A DNA stretch of 62,409 nt from an uncultured Ruminococcus sp. (GCA_964430105.1 CAYSEF010000001.1:82170-144578), one strand, 5' to 3'. Shown: positions 9,921 to 20,072, counted from the stretch's first letter. The notes: generated by a model not told the origin, from the sequence alone. Numbers and translations: made by a program.

Positions 9921-10802
9921 CTATATTCTGAATTTATCGATCAATTCAAGCTTGCGTCGAGAAGAATTATACGCAATTCTGACATCTCCCAGAGTGTTGG
10001 CAGTATTTTCAAGATCGCAAAGTACACGATATTGCATAAAATACGGGAGTGACGGTTCGAGAGATAGCTCTCTAAGACGCTTCATAGCTTCATTCAAACG
10101 CTCATCTTTTATCATTGCTAAGGCTGATATATGACGTTCAGCATAGGAATTTCGTTGGAAAGGAGAAGTAAAGCTTTCACCGGATTGAATAAGCTTTAGT
10201 GCGATAAAGTATTGTACAAGCGTAAATGGAACAAATTCACCACAAGAATTGGGATCGTATAAAACATCCGGTATGGAGTCGGAGCAAGATGAGTGGAATA
10301 ATTCTCGGTAAAATATGAGCGCACGTGAAAATTCGTTTCCACAGTATATCGAAGTGTTCGCATATTTTTCTGCCTTATCAAGATCAGCAAAAGCTAAGCG
10401 AAATTCAAGGGCATAGGCGTGATCTGAGGCTGTGTTCATGTAAGATACAGCAAGAATATACGACAGCTCATCATCCATTGCCGAGGAGGGAATATTCGCA
10501 CATATTGCTTCACATTCACTGTATTTTTTTTGCTTAAATTCTTCCTTCAACGCACCAATGATGGACATTTTGAAGAACTTTCCTTCATCCTCATCGCTTG
10601 CTGTGAAGAAAAAACCTGCCGGAGTTTCAAGTCGTTCTGCAATATATAGCAAAGTAGAAACAGACGGCGAAGCGTTTCCGCTTTCAATAAGACTTAACAT
10701 ATTTCGTGTGATTTTGTCACCTGCGAGATCCTTTTGCGTTATTCCACGTTGCTTTCTGAGTTCACGTATTTTTTCACCCAGTTTTTTGTCGGAATTAGGC
10801 AT
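9921..10802 (-). CDS. XRE-family HTH regulator with C-terminal TPR-like helices
   Basis: LGEKIRELRK.RGITQKDLAG..ITRNMLS.IESG.A.PS..TL; GGAG RBS before ATG 10802; overlaps the stop of the upstream gene. Confidence 0.85.
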   Translation of the reverse strand: MPNSDKKLGEKIRELRKQRGITQKDLAGDKITRNMLSLIESGNASPSVSTLLYIAERLETPAGFFFTASDEDEGKFFKMSIIGALKEEFKQKKYSECEAICANIPSSAMDDELSYILAVSYMNTASDHAYALEFRLAFADLDKAEKYANTSIYCGNEFSRALIFYRELFHSSCSDSIPDVLYDPNSCGEFVPFTLVQYFIALKLIQSGESFTSPFQRNSYAERHISALAMIKDERLNEAMKRLRELSLEPSLPYFMQYRVLCDLENTANTLGDVRIAYNSSRRKLELIDKFRI

Positions 10803-11886
10803 CGGTATTTTCTCCATTATTAGACTCAGAAAGACCGTATTTGCCATCCATTTCAGCGAGTTTTGTTTCTATTCCTTCCGAAAGACAGCTGTGATAATAG
10901 TCTACCCTATCGTTAAGCTCACCGGAGCGTGTTTCAATTTTTGAAAGCAGAGTTTTGAATTCGTATCGAATGTCAGTAAAGCTTGTGTTGATTTCACGCA
11001 TACAATTTTCAATGCTTGCGTGAAGATCAGAACTAATACTGTTGAGAAGCTCATTTGCTGTTTGCGATAATCTTTTGCGAATATACATAGCCTCAGCATC
11101 AGTTTCAGCTTTTGTTTTTGCAATCATTTCGTTGCAGTCATTTCGCTTTTGTTCACATTCCTGCTCAGCTTCTGAAAGTATACGCTCGGATTCCTCTTTG
11201 GCTGAAGATATAAGAGCATCAGCATTTCTGTTGGCGTTGATTAGAATATCTCCGAGTTGGGAACTGATTTTGTCGTACATTCCAACCTTGTATGCAGGAC
11301 TGTTTTTGTCATCAGCATTTTCATTGAAGTTTTTTGCTGCTTCAAGTGCATTTGCAAGCTCATCAAATTTAGCTGAAAGCGATTCTTGCTCAGAGATTAG
11401 TGCCTTTTTTTCCTGTTCCAGGGTAACGCACTTTCTTTTTTCAGCATTCAAATTCTCTTGAATATCTGACATAGCCTTTATATGCGATTTGTTGAGAGCT
11501 TCTATTTCATCCTTTTTTTCGGCAATTACCTTTATTTGTGCTTCGGATTCGCTTTTGTAAAATGCCACTGATTTCAGCGTGTCTGCAAGCTCTTTTTCTT
11601 TTTCTGCAAGCTCGTTGGCTTTTATCACTGATGCTTTTTCGGCGGCAGTAAGCTTTACAGAGAGAGTGTTTCGTTCGTTCTCAGCTGCAGCTAACTTAGC
11701 TTCAAGCTGAGATAAAGAATCATTCAGAGAGTTAAGCTCGTCAGCTTTTGCCGAAAGTTCAGCAATTTTTTGATTCAAAGCTTCGATTTCCGCCGAATGT
11801 TTTAGGTCTGTTTCTTTGATATAATTATTTACATCATCACGGTTGAAGCCACCGATCTGACTGCGGAACATTTTTGTATCGCTCAT
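10795..11886 (-). CDS. DivIVA-like N-terminal motif coiled-coil protein
   Basis: FRSQIGGFNRDDVNNYI resembles the DivIVA F....GY...EV..Y motif; long heptad coiled coil; GGAGG RBS. Confidence 0.65.
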   Translation of the reverse strand: MSDTKMFRSQIGGFNRDDVNNYIKETDLKHSAEIEALNQKIAELSAKADELNSLNDSLSQLEAKLAAAENERNTLSVKLTAAEKASVIKANELAEKEKELADTLKSVAFYKSESEAQIKVIAEKKDEIEALNKSHIKAMSDIQENLNAEKRKCVTLEQEKKALISEQESLSAKFDELANALEAAKNFNENADDKNSPAYKVGMYDKISSQLGDILINANRNADALISSAKEESERILSEAEQECEQKRNDCNEMIAKTKAETDAEAMYIRKRLSQTANELLNSISSDLHASIENCMREINTSFTDIRYEFKTLLSKIETRSGELNDRVDYYHSCLSEGIETKLAEMDGKYGLSESNNGENTDA

Positions 11887-12187
11887 GCTAAATCCTCCGA
11901 TCATTATTATGTCGTAAATCATATAACTCAATCAATTAATGTATATATTTTAACATATTTTGTCCGAAAAATCAACAGTATAGCTGTCATATATCGCTGA
12001 AAAGTAAAATTAATTTACATTATGTGTGTTGTCAGTATTGGTTAAACAGAAAAACGTGTTCATAAAGCAAAAATGAACTTTGTTAAAAAGAAAAAAATAT
12101 GGAATATTCATATAGACGAGTGGAGAAAAATGTGTTATAATATAGGGTAAAATGAAATATTTATAGTTAAACGAATGGAGAATAAAA

Positions 12188-13834
12188 ATGGATTATAAAT
12201 ATCTTGCCGATCTTCTGTTTCCGAATTTGAAGATGACGGTAGAAGAGGTTGAGTCAAAATATCCTCCGAGAATGCTTCCGGAAGGTGCGATCGTTACCCG
12301 TATGGCTCCGTCTCCGACAGGCTTTGTTCATCTTGGTAACCTTGTACAGGGCTTGACAGCAGAAAGAATGGCTCATCAGTCAAATGGTGTTCTTTTCCTT
12401 CGAGTAGAAGATACTGATGCAAAGCGTGAAGTTCCCGGCGCAGTAGAAGTGCTGCTCGAAACATTGAAGCACTATGGAATTTCCTTTGATGAAGGTGCAA
12501 CTATCGATGGTGACTCAGGTAATTATGGACCTTATCGTCAGCGTCAGCGTGCAGATATCTATCATGTTTTCGCAAAAAAGCTTGTCGAACAGGGTATGGC
12601 ATATCCATGTTTTTGTACCGAAGAACAGCTTGCCGCTATGCGTGAACAGCAGGAAGCTAATAAGGAAACCACAGGCTATTATGGAAAATATGCAATGTGG
12701 CGTGATCGCTCGATTGAAGATATAAAAGAACAGATAGATGCCGGTTGCCCGTGGGTTCTTCGTTTCCGCAGCACAGGAAGTATCGAAAATCAGTTCAAAT
12801 TTGATGATTTGGTAAAGGGTAAACTGACCATTACAGAAAACGATATCGACCACGTTCTTCTTAAATCCGATGGTATTCCGACATATCATTTTGCACATGC
12901 AGTAGACGATCATCTTATGCGTACCACTCATGTTGTTCGTGGTGATGAATGGCTTCCAACACTTCCGTTCCATATCCAGCTTTTCAACGCACTTGGATTT
13001 AAGCTTCCGAAGTACGTTCACATTGGCCCTCTTATGAAGATGGATGGAAATTCCAAGCGCAAGCTCAGTAAGCGTAAGGACCCCGAACTCGCACTGACTT
13101 ATTATAAAGCAGAAGGTTTCCCGGTAGAAGCAGTATATGAGTATATTATGACGCTTCTTAATTCAAATTTCGAGGACTGGAGACGTGCAAATCCCGATGC
13201 ACCTGCTGATACCTTCAAATTCAGTCCTAAGAAGCTGAATCCCGCAGGTAGCTTGTTTGACTATGCAAAGCTTACAGATGTATCTAAGAATGTTATCTGT
13301 AAAATGGATGCAGAGAAGGTTTATACACTTCTCACCGAATGGGCAAACGAATTTGATACCGATTTCGGTGCAAAGCTTACAGCTGATCCTGAATTTGCAA
13401 AGAAAATTTTGGCTATCGGACGTGGTGGCAAAAAGCCGAGAAAAGACCTTGCAGTGTGGAAGGATGCTAAGCCTTACATGGGATTCTTCTACGATGATTA
13501 TTTTGCTATTGAAGAAGCTATTCCCGAAAAATTCAGCCGTGATGATGTAAAAACTGTCCTTAATCAGTTCAAAGAAAAATTTGATATGGCTGACGATATG
13601 AATACATGGTTTGGTAAGATCCAGCAGATCGGTGAAGAAATTGGTTATACTTCCGATATGAAAGCATATAAAGCGAATCCGGAAGCCTATAATGGCAATG
13701 TCAGCGATGTTTCCATGTTTATTCGTATAGCAGTAACAGGAAAAATGAATTCTCCCGATATGTACGCAGTAATGCAGATACTCGGCAAGGAAAAAGTGAT
13801 TGCCAGAATCGATGCAATGCTGAACACTCTTTAA
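12188..13834 (+). CDS. gltX: Glutamate--tRNA ligase
   Basis: RMAPSPTGFVHLGN (HIGH), LRVEDTD, KLSKRK (KMSKS). Confidence 0.95.
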   Translation: MDYKYLADLLFPNLKMTVEEVESKYPPRMLPEGAIVTRMAPSPTGFVHLGNLVQGLTAERMAHQSNGVLFLRVEDTDAKREVPGAVEVLLETLKHYGISFDEGATIDGDSGNYGPYRQRQRADIYHVFAKKLVEQGMAYPCFCTEEQLAAMREQQEANKETTGYYGKYAMWRDRSIEDIKEQIDAGCPWVLRFRSTGSIENQFKFDDLVKGKLTITENDIDHVLLKSDGIPTYHFAHAVDDHLMRTTHVVRGDEWLPTLPFHIQLFNALGFKLPKYVHIGPLMKMDGNSKRKLSKRKDPELALTYYKAEGFPVEAVYEYIMTLLNSNFEDWRRANPDAPADTFKFSPKKLNPAGSLFDYAKLTDVSKNVICKMDAEKVYTLLTEWANEFDTDFGAKLTADPEFAKKILAIGRGGKKPRKDLAVWKDAKPYMGFFYDDYFAIEEAIPEKFSRDDVKTVLNQFKEKFDMADDMNTWFGKIQQIGEEIGYTSDMKAYKANPEAYNGNVSDVSMFIRIAVTGKMNSPDMYAVMQILGKEKVIARIDAMLNTL

Positions 13835-13853
13835 TATTAATGGAGTAAAAAAT

Positions 13854-15497
13854 ATGGCAGAAAATAATAATTTTATTCATGAATTTATAGAAGAAGATAT
13901 CGCCGCAGGAAAAACAAAGCGTGTTCATACTCGTTTTCCGCCTGAACCAAACGGTTATCTTCATATTGGACATTGCAAAGCCTTGATAATCGACTTTGGT
14001 ACTGCAAAAAAGTATGGCGGTCTTTGCAATCTCAGAATGGATGATACAAATCCGGCTAAGGAAGATACAGAATTTGTCGATGCAATCCAGGAAGATATTC
14101 ATTGGCTCGGCTTTGACTGGGATGACAGATTTTTCTATGGCTCCGACTATTTTGAAAAGACCTATGAGCTTGCAGAACAGCTTATTAAGGATGGCAACGC
14201 TTATGTCTGCGAACTCACACCTGAGCAGTTCAAAGAATACCGTGGCGATCTCACACATCCTGCAATATCTCCGTTCCGCGATCGTCCAATCGAAGAAAGC
14301 CTTGATCTTTTCCGTCGAATGAGAGCAGGTGAGTTTGAAGAAGGTAAGTATACACTTCGTGCGAAGATAGACCTTGCCTCCGGAAACTTTAATATGCGTG
14401 ACCCTGTTCTGTATCGTATTCGCTATATTGAGCATCATAGACAGGGAACAAAGTGGTGTATTTTCCCGATGTACGACTTTGCTCACCCGATACAGGATGC
14501 ACTCGAAGGAATAACACATAGCCTTTGCTCACTTGAATATGAAGATCATCGCCCGCTCTATAATTGGGTAATTGAGCATTGTGATGTTCCGTCTACTCCT
14601 CGCCAGATAGAATTTGCACGTTTGAATATCACAAATACTGTACTTTCCAAGAGATATCTGCGTAACCTCGTTGAAACAGGCGTAGTTGACGGTTGGGATG
14701 ACCCCCGTATGCCTACACTTTGTGGCTTGAGAAGACGTGGATATACACCTGAATCTATCCTCGACTTCATTGATAGAATCGGTGTTTCTAAGGCGAATAG
14801 TATGGTTAATATCGGACTTCTCGAACATTGCATCCGTGAAGAGCTGAACGTCAAGGCCGAAAGAAGAATAGCGGTTCTGAAACCGATTAAGGTAGTTATC
14901 GATAACTATCCTGAGGATAAGACTGAGTATTTTGAAATCACTAATAATCCTAACGACCCTGAAGCAGGTACACGCAAAGTTCCGTTTACCAAAGAGATTT
15001 ATATAGATGCGGATGATTTTGCTGAAGTTCCACCGCCGAAGTTCTTCCGTCTTAAACCGGGCGGAGAAGTACGTCTTATGAGTAGCTATATTATCAAATG
15101 TGGCGATATCATAAAGAATGAAGATGGCTCTATAAAGGAAATTCACGCAACTGCTGACCTTGATGTCGGAACAGGAACACCTACAGACAGAAAGATTAAG
15201 GGTACAATCCACTGGCTCTCTGCTAAATATGCTATTGATTCAGAGGTTATCCTCTATGATCGCCTTTTCACAGAGGAAAATATGAATGATCTTCCGGAAG
15301 GTAAGACATATGTGGATTACCTCAATCCGGAATCTGCACTGAAAGCGGAAAACGCAAAGGTTGAACCTTCTCTTGCTGAAGCAAAACCCGGTGATAAATT
15401 CCAGTTTGTGAGAATTGGCTATTTCTGCAAGGATACTAAAAATGAAGGCACATTCAATAGAGTAGTATCTCTTAAGGGAAGCTATAAGGCTGAATAA
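13854..15497 (+). CDS. glnS: Glutamine--tRNA ligase
   Basis: TRFPPEPNGYLHIGH, DDTNP, VLSKR, GWDDPRMPT, FQF.R.GYF. Confidence 0.95.
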   Translation: MAENNNFIHEFIEEDIAAGKTKRVHTRFPPEPNGYLHIGHCKALIIDFGTAKKYGGLCNLRMDDTNPAKEDTEFVDAIQEDIHWLGFDWDDRFFYGSDYFEKTYELAEQLIKDGNAYVCELTPEQFKEYRGDLTHPAISPFRDRPIEESLDLFRRMRAGEFEEGKYTLRAKIDLASGNFNMRDPVLYRIRYIEHHRQGTKWCIFPMYDFAHPIQDALEGITHSLCSLEYEDHRPLYNWVIEHCDVPSTPRQIEFARLNITNTVLSKRYLRNLVETGVVDGWDDPRMPTLCGLRRRGYTPESILDFIDRIGVSKANSMVNIGLLEHCIREELNVKAERRIAVLKPIKVVIDNYPEDKTEYFEITNNPNDPEAGTRKVPFTKEIYIDADDFAEVPPPKFFRLKPGGEVRLMSSYIIKCGDIIKNEDGSIKEIHATADLDVGTGTPTDRKIKGTIHWLSAKYAIDSEVILYDRLFTEENMNDLPEGKTYVDYLNPESALKAENAKVEPSLAEAKPGDKFQFVRIGYFCKDTKNEGTFNRVVSLKGSYKAE

Positions 15498-15508
15498 TTT
15501 ATAAATTT

Positions 15509-15563
15509 AAGAGGCTGCCTGCATTTCGGAAATTTCTTCCTTAGTGCGAGCAGCCACTTTTTT
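15509..15563 (+). repeat. REP-like hairpin repeat, copy 1 (also serves as terminator)
   Basis: AAGAGGCTGCCTGCATTTCGGAAATTTCTTCCTTAGTGCGAGCAGCCACTTTTTT; near-identical to copies at 22818, 23374 and 32651. Confidence 0.85.
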
Positions 15564-15643
15564 GTAAAAAACGTACCGTATATCAGAATTAAAGTGAAAC
15601 ATAAAATAAAAATGAAAAATAATAAAAAAATTCAAAATACCTA

Positions 15644-15672
15644 TTGACAAATAAGAGGTTTAGTGCTATAAT
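15644..15672 (+). promoter_or_regulatory. SigA promoter of tRNA-Lys
   Basis: TTGACA-17bp-TATAAT with extended TG and an A-rich UP element. Confidence 0.85.
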
Positions 15673-15704
15673 ATAGAAGCTGTCGGAAATCCCACCGATG
15701 GGAT

Positions 15705-15777
15705 GCCCCATTAGCTCAGTAGGTAGAGCACTTGACTTTTAATCAAGGTGTCCGGAGTTCGAATCTCCGATGGAGCA
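15705..15777 (+). tRNA. tRNA-Lys (UUU), CCA not encoded
   Basis: GCCCCATTAGCTCAGTAGGTAGAGCA-CTTGA CTTTTAA TCAAG-GTGTC-CGGAG TTCGAAT CTCCG-ATGGAGCA cloverleaf. Confidence 0.95.
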
Positions 15778-15785
15778 GAATAGTA

Positions 15786-15913
15786 CAAAATAAGTCATCA
15801 GAAATGATGGCTTTTTTGTTATGTTTGCACAAAAAATAGAACGACTTTTCTGTCGAGAAAGGACTAACGAACGACAAAAAATACAATTGTTGTCTTGCTT
15901 TTTGTCCTGCGTT
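15786..15913 (-). ncRNA. Candidate structured sRNA convergent with tRNA-Lys
   Basis: Minus-strand TTGACA-17-TATAAT at 15948-15920; internal stems; ends at the bidirectional hairpin 15792-15813. Boundaries approximate. Confidence 0.5.
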
Positions 15914-15919
15914 GAATCC

Positions 15920-15948
15920 ATTATATACCATCGTGTGAGTTTTGTCAA
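15920..15948 (-). promoter_or_regulatory. Consensus SigA promoter
   Basis: TTGACA aaactcacacgatggta TATAAT on the minus strand. Confidence 0.8.
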
Positions 15949-15954
15949 AATAAT

Positions 15955-16007
15955 AAAATCCGATGTGTGAGTTTACGGAATAAACGTAAAAACCACATCG
16001 GATTTTT
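15955..16007 (-). terminator. Terminator of the XRE gene
   Basis: AAAATCCGATGTG...CACATCGGATTTT. Confidence 0.75.
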
Positions 16008-16031
16008 GCTTATTTTAATAGTATGCGAAGC

Positions 16032-16754
16032 TTATTTTTCGTTCATTGCAGCCTGGATTTCAGCCTGACGCTTTTCTTGCTCGTCTGACAGAGCTTTGTT
16101 TAGCCACACCATAACCTCACCTGGAAGCGCACCTTCAACATAAGCTGCTTCGATTTGCTGATATAAATACGTTATATACGGCATCATCATTTCAAGATTG
16201 CGCCAGTCCAGCTCTCCTTCGATAATTTTGCCGAATAATGCAGTTTTCGATTTTTCGTCAAGTAATGGTATCAGGTGCTTCATAAGATCGTGTTCGGCAT
16301 CGCCGTCGAGAGAATCGAAAGAAGCATTTTTTATCATATCAGAAGTTCCTGCATCACTCAAATATTGCGAGAGTTCAACAACCTTTGAAATATCTACACC
16401 ATGTAATGCTAATTTTGATGAGATTTTTTCGAGAGTGCTCGGACGGAGAAGCGGAGCAAGATTCATCACGTCGTCCATGTTGTCAGCAAGAGTTTCTTTT
16501 CCTTGTGCAAGATCACCGAGAACTTTCGACTCACCGGAGGTTGGTTCACCTGCTGAAATAAGCTCACTTACAGAGATACCGAAAACATCGGCAATATTCG
16601 ATAGCACTGTAACGTCAGGGAAGCTTTCACCGCTTTCGTAGTTTGTGATAGCCTGTCCTGTGATTCCCAACTTGTCTGCAAGCTCGGAGGGGGTCATATC
16701 GGCTTTTCTGCGCAAAAGAGCAATGTATCCACCAAATTTTTGTGTACTGAACAT
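16032..16754 (-). CDS. XRE-family HTH regulator
   Basis: GGYIALLRRKADMT..ELADKLGIT.QAI.NYESGES.PD; AAGGAG RBS before ATG 16754. Confidence 0.85.
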   Translation of the reverse strand: MFSTQKFGGYIALLRRKADMTPSELADKLGITGQAITNYESGESFPDVTVLSNIADVFGISVSELISAGEPTSGESKVLGDLAQGKETLADNMDDVMNLAPLLRPSTLEKISSKLALHGVDISKVVELSQYLSDAGTSDMIKNASFDSLDGDAEHDLMKHLIPLLDEKSKTALFGKIIEGELDWRNLEMMMPYITYLYQQIEAAYVEGALPGEVMVWLNKALSDEQEKRQAEIQAAMNEK

Positions 16755-16953
16755 ATCGTCACTCCTTAAATATAGCATAAAGTGATTTTTATTATATTAT
16801 ACACCAAAATAGAAGCAGGTCAAGAAAAAATATTCAAATTTATAAACTTTTACAAATGAGTAATACTAACATATAAAGGAAAATAATGATTGCAAATCAA
16901 ACATAGTTGTGATATAATATTCAGTACAATATTTTTATTAAAGGGAAAAGCTT

Positions 16954-17940
16954 ATGTACTATCTTTCGTTTCCGGGACTGGGTATTGAACCGTTTCATAT
17001 TGATAAAGTTGCATTTTCCGTGTTTGGTCGTAGTGTGGCTTGGTACGGTTTACTCATAACATTTGGTATGATACTTGCGGTTCTTTGTGCCGGCTGGCTT
17101 GCAAAAAAAGAAAACATTAAATCTGACGATATTATCGACCTTGCGTTTGTGGTCATTGTTTGTGGCGTTATCGGTGCAAGAGCTTATTACGTTATATTTA
17201 CATGGGGAAAGTACAATTATCTTGTTACCAGCGCAGTGTCGGATGGTACGTTAGTTGGTGCTGTTTCGGCATTTTTCTCAAATTTATTGGGAACTGCTTA
17301 TAACTGTGTTGCAATTTGGAACGGTGGTCTTGCAATATATGGTGGCATTTTGGCTGGACTTCTTTCATCGTTTATTTTTGCTAAGAAAAAGAAGATAGAA
17401 TTTCTTAAAATTTTCGATATTCTGGCTCCATGCGTTACAATAGGTCAGATAATCGGACGATGGGGGAATTTTATAAACATCGAAGCTTATGGTTCCGAAA
17501 CTACTCTGCCGTGGAGAATGGGAATTACTTATCAAATCGATGACATAGTGCTTTCGGAAAAATTCGTACATCCCACATTTCTGTATGAATCCCTGTGGAA
17601 TTTGGTCGGACTTGCAATACTTCTTACTATATACAAACTCGGTAAGAAATTTAATGGTCAGTCCTTCAGCACCTATTTGATATGGTACGGTTTCGGACGT
17701 ATGCTTATCGAAGGATTGCGTACTGACAGTCTTATGCTTGGGAATTTGCGTGTGTCGCAGGGAGTAGGCCTTGTGTCTGTCGCTGTCGGTGTAGTATTGA
17801 TGGTGATTTTATCGAAGAAAATGAAGGAAAAAACAACTTCAGAGGAGTATGTTTCCGTTTACGATAATATTACAGGAAATTCTGAGAAAAAAGACAATAT
17901 AGACGAAAATAATATTGATGATAAATCGGAGGAAGAATAA
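16954..17940 (+). CDS. lgt: Prolipoprotein diacylglyceryl transferase
   Basis: WYG, GAR.YYV, W.GGLAIYGG, GRWGNFIN.EAYG, HPTFLYES. Confidence 0.95.
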   Translation: MYYLSFPGLGIEPFHIDKVAFSVFGRSVAWYGLLITFGMILAVLCAGWLAKKENIKSDDIIDLAFVVIVCGVIGARAYYVIFTWGKYNYLVTSAVSDGTLVGAVSAFFSNLLGTAYNCVAIWNGGLAIYGGILAGLLSSFIFAKKKKIEFLKIFDILAPCVTIGQIIGRWGNFINIEAYGSETTLPWRMGITYQIDDIVLSEKFVHPTFLYESLWNLVGLAILLTIYKLGKKFNGQSFSTYLIWYGFGRMLIEGLRTDSLMLGNLRVSQGVGLVSVAVGVVLMVILSKKMKEKTTSEEYVSVYDNITGNSEKKDNIDENNIDDKSEEE

Positions 17941-18798
17941 ATGGCTCACATTATCGATGGCAAGAAAATATCATCAGCTGCAAGAGAAGAAATAGCTCGC
18001 GGTGGCAGAGAACTTTTTGAGAAAACAGGAGTACAGCCGGGACTTGCTGTAGTTATCGTAGGTGAAGATCCTGCATCTAAGGTTTATGTCCGCAATAAGA
18101 AAAAAGGCTGTGAAGAATGTGGATTTTATTCGGAAGTTCATGAAATGCCCACAGAAACAACAATGGACGAGCTTCTTGCAAAGCTTGAAGAAATCAAAGC
18201 GAATGATAAGATCCATGGTATACTTGTACAGCTGCCACTTCCAAAGCATCTCAATGAAAATGCTGTTATCAACGCTATTCCACCTGAAAAAGATGTTGAT
18301 GCTTTCCATCCGATAAATACAGGAAAAATAATGATCGGTGATTATAGCTTTTTGCCGTGTACTCCCGCCGGAGTTATGAAAATGCTTGAATACGAAAATA
18401 TCGATATAGCAGGGAAGGAATGTGTTGTCGTTGGAAGAAGTAACATCGTAGGAAAGCCTATGTCGATGCTCCTGCTTCACGCAAACGGAACAGTTACAAT
18501 ATGCCATTCACGCACAAAAAACCTTTCAGAAGTCACCAGACGCGCTGATATCCTGGTCGCAGCTGTCGGAAAAGCAAATTTCATTACAGCAGATATGGTG
18601 AAAGAAGGCGCAGTTGTTATTGACGTTGGCATGAACCGTAACGCCGAAGGCAAGCTGTGTGGAGACGTTGATTTTGCAGCAGTTTCCGAAAAGGCTTCCG
18701 CAATCACTCCGGTGCCGGGCGGTGTAGGTGTTATGACAATCACAATGCTTCTGCAAAATACACTTACCGCAGCACGTTTATCGGCAGAAAAAGCATAA
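17941..18798 (+). CDS. folD: Methylenetetrahydrofolate dehydrogenase/cyclohydrolase
   Basis: GILVQLPLP, KDVDAFHP, PCTPAG, GRSNIVGKP, TPVPGGVG. Confidence 0.97.
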   Translation: MAHIIDGKKISSAAREEIARGGRELFEKTGVQPGLAVVIVGEDPASKVYVRNKKKGCEECGFYSEVHEMPTETTMDELLAKLEEIKANDKIHGILVQLPLPKHLNENAVINAIPPEKDVDAFHPINTGKIMIGDYSFLPCTPAGVMKMLEYENIDIAGKECVVVGRSNIVGKPMSMLLLHANGTVTICHSRTKNLSEVTRRADILVAAVGKANFITADMVKEGAVVIDVGMNRNAEGKLCGDVDFAAVSEKASAITPVPGGVGVMTITMLLQNTLTAARLSAEKA

Positions 18799-18874
18799 AA
18801 TGACTTATAAAATAATGCACTAAAAAACAAATGATATTTTGCTAAAATTGTCGAAAAAAACTTGCGTGTTCCCA

Positions 18875-18903
18875 TTGACAATAGAAGAAAAACATGATAA
18901 AAT
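18875..18903 (+). promoter_or_regulatory. SigA promoter of the rplU operon
   Basis: TTGACA-17-TAAAAT with extended TG. Confidence 0.75.
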
Positions 18904-18908
18904 ATATT

Positions 18909-18982
18909 CTGCCGCATGATGTCGGGTTATGAAAAATCGAAAGATTTACCCGCTCAGCGAGTTCACAAAAAGAAAGTGAGGT
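18909..18982 (+). ncRNA. Probable L21 ribosomal-protein leader
   Basis: Structured 5' UTR (gccgc...cgggt...acccg...agcgag) directly upstream of rplU; called mainly on position. Confidence 0.5.
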
Positions 18983-18992
18983 GCTTTTCAGA

Positions 18993-19304
18993 ATGTTTGC
19001 AATTATTGAAACAGGCGGAAAGCAGTACAAGGTTAACGAAGGAGATATTATCTTCATCGAAAAACTCGAAGTAGCAGAAGGCGACAAGATCACCTTTGAT
19101 AAGGTTCTTGCAGTATCTACCGATGACGGATTCAAGTCCGGTAAGCCCACTGTAGAAGGTGCAACTGTTACAGCTAACGTAGTAAAGAACGGTAAGGGCA
19201 AGAAGATCTACGTTATGACCTACAAGCCGAAGAAAAACGAGAAGAAGAAGATCGGTCACAGACAGCCTTATACTAAGGTTCAGATCGAAAAGATCGCGTT
19301 TTAA
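18993..19304 (+). CDS. rplU: 50S ribosomal protein L21
   Basis: [14 protein letters not shown]...[11 protein letters not shown]. Confidence 0.97.
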   Translation: MFAIIETGGKQYKVNEGDIIFIEKLEVAEGDKITFDKVLAVSTDDGFKSGKPTVEGATVTANVVKNGKGKKIYVMTYKPKKNEKKKIGHRQPYTKVQIEKIAF

Positions 19305-19331
19305 TTTTCACGGTGTAACGGAGAGATTATC

Positions 19332-19682
19332 GTGACTAAGATTACATTTTTAAGACGGAATGGCGTGTTCTGGGGCTTTCACGAAACCGGTCATACTGGA
19401 TTTGGTGAAGAAGGCGACGATATCCTGTGCGCAGCGTTATCTGCCATGACTATGCTTATTCTTAATACTCTTGAAATTGCATATGAATGTCCTGTAGATT
19501 ATAATATCGATGACAAATCCGCTGAAATTACAGTAAAGTGTAAATCAGCTCTTCCCGAGTACGAGAAGGATGAAAAGAAACGTTTTGCTGCTGCAGGTTT
19601 GTTCGAAGGATATTTTATACAGCTCAACGATCTTATGGATGAATACGAAGAATTTCTCGATGTAGACACCAAAGAAGCATAA
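19332..19682 (+). CDS. prp: Ribosomal-processing cysteine protease Prp (YsxB)
   Basis: GHTGF...G.DILCAALS; canonical position between rplU and rpmA. Confidence 0.9.
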   Translation: MTKITFLRRNGVFWGFHETGHTGFGEEGDDILCAALSAMTMLILNTLEIAYECPVDYNIDDKSAEITVKCKSALPEYEKDEKKRFAAAGLFEGYFIQLNDLMDEYEEFLDVDTKEA

Positions 19683-19711
19683 CGGTATATTTTAAATTGG
19701 AGGAAATAACA

Positions 19712-19990
19712 ATGATTAGAATCAGTTTACAGTTCTTCGCTCATAAAAAGGGTGTTGGTTCTACTAAGAACGGTCGTGACAGCGAATCTAAGCGTCTTGG
19801 CGTTAAGAAGGCTGATGGTCAGGCAGTAATCGCCGGCAACATCATCATTCGTCAGAGAGGCACACATATTCATCCCGGCAACAATGTAGGCCGTGGTAAC
19901 GACGATACTTTATACGCTCTTGTTAACGGTAAGGTTAAGTTCGAAAATATCGCAAACGGCAGAAGACAGGTTAGCGTTTACGCTGACTAA
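19712..19990 (+). CDS. rpmA: 50S ribosomal protein L27 with Prp-cleaved N-terminal extension
   Basis: MIRISLQFF|[21 protein letters not shown]. Confidence 0.97.
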   Translation: MIRISLQFFAHKKGVGSTKNGRDSESKRLGVKKADGQAVIAGNIIIRQRGTHIHPGNNVGRGNDDTLYALVNGKVKFENIANGRRQVSVYAD

Positions 19991-20026
19991 TCGTCTCTGA
20001 ACTTTTCGCGAGTTTCAATCAGCATT

Positions 20027-20072
20027 AAAAGCCATGCAGTTAGTCTGTTTCAGATTTATTGTATGGCTTTTT
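20027..20072 (+). terminator. Intrinsic terminator
   Basis: AAAAGCCATGCAGT...ATTGTATGGCTTTTT. Confidence 0.7.

Noticed and set aside
12188-15497. GlnRS beside GluRS in a Firmicute
   Set aside because: Known in many clostridia; not novel.
15739-15948. 62-69 aa minus-strand ORFs
   Set aside because: They start within the promoter itself, lack an RBS and run antisense into the tRNA.
16521-16531. AACTTTCGACT, an 11-bp match to the left arm of the sigG att-like site
   Set aside because: Inside the XRE coding sequence with no second arm or CCAATGA core; compatible with chance.
15778-16800. Prophage or integrative element at tRNA-Lys
   Set aside because: No integrase and no duplicated tRNA 3' end seen; housekeeping genes resume immediately.
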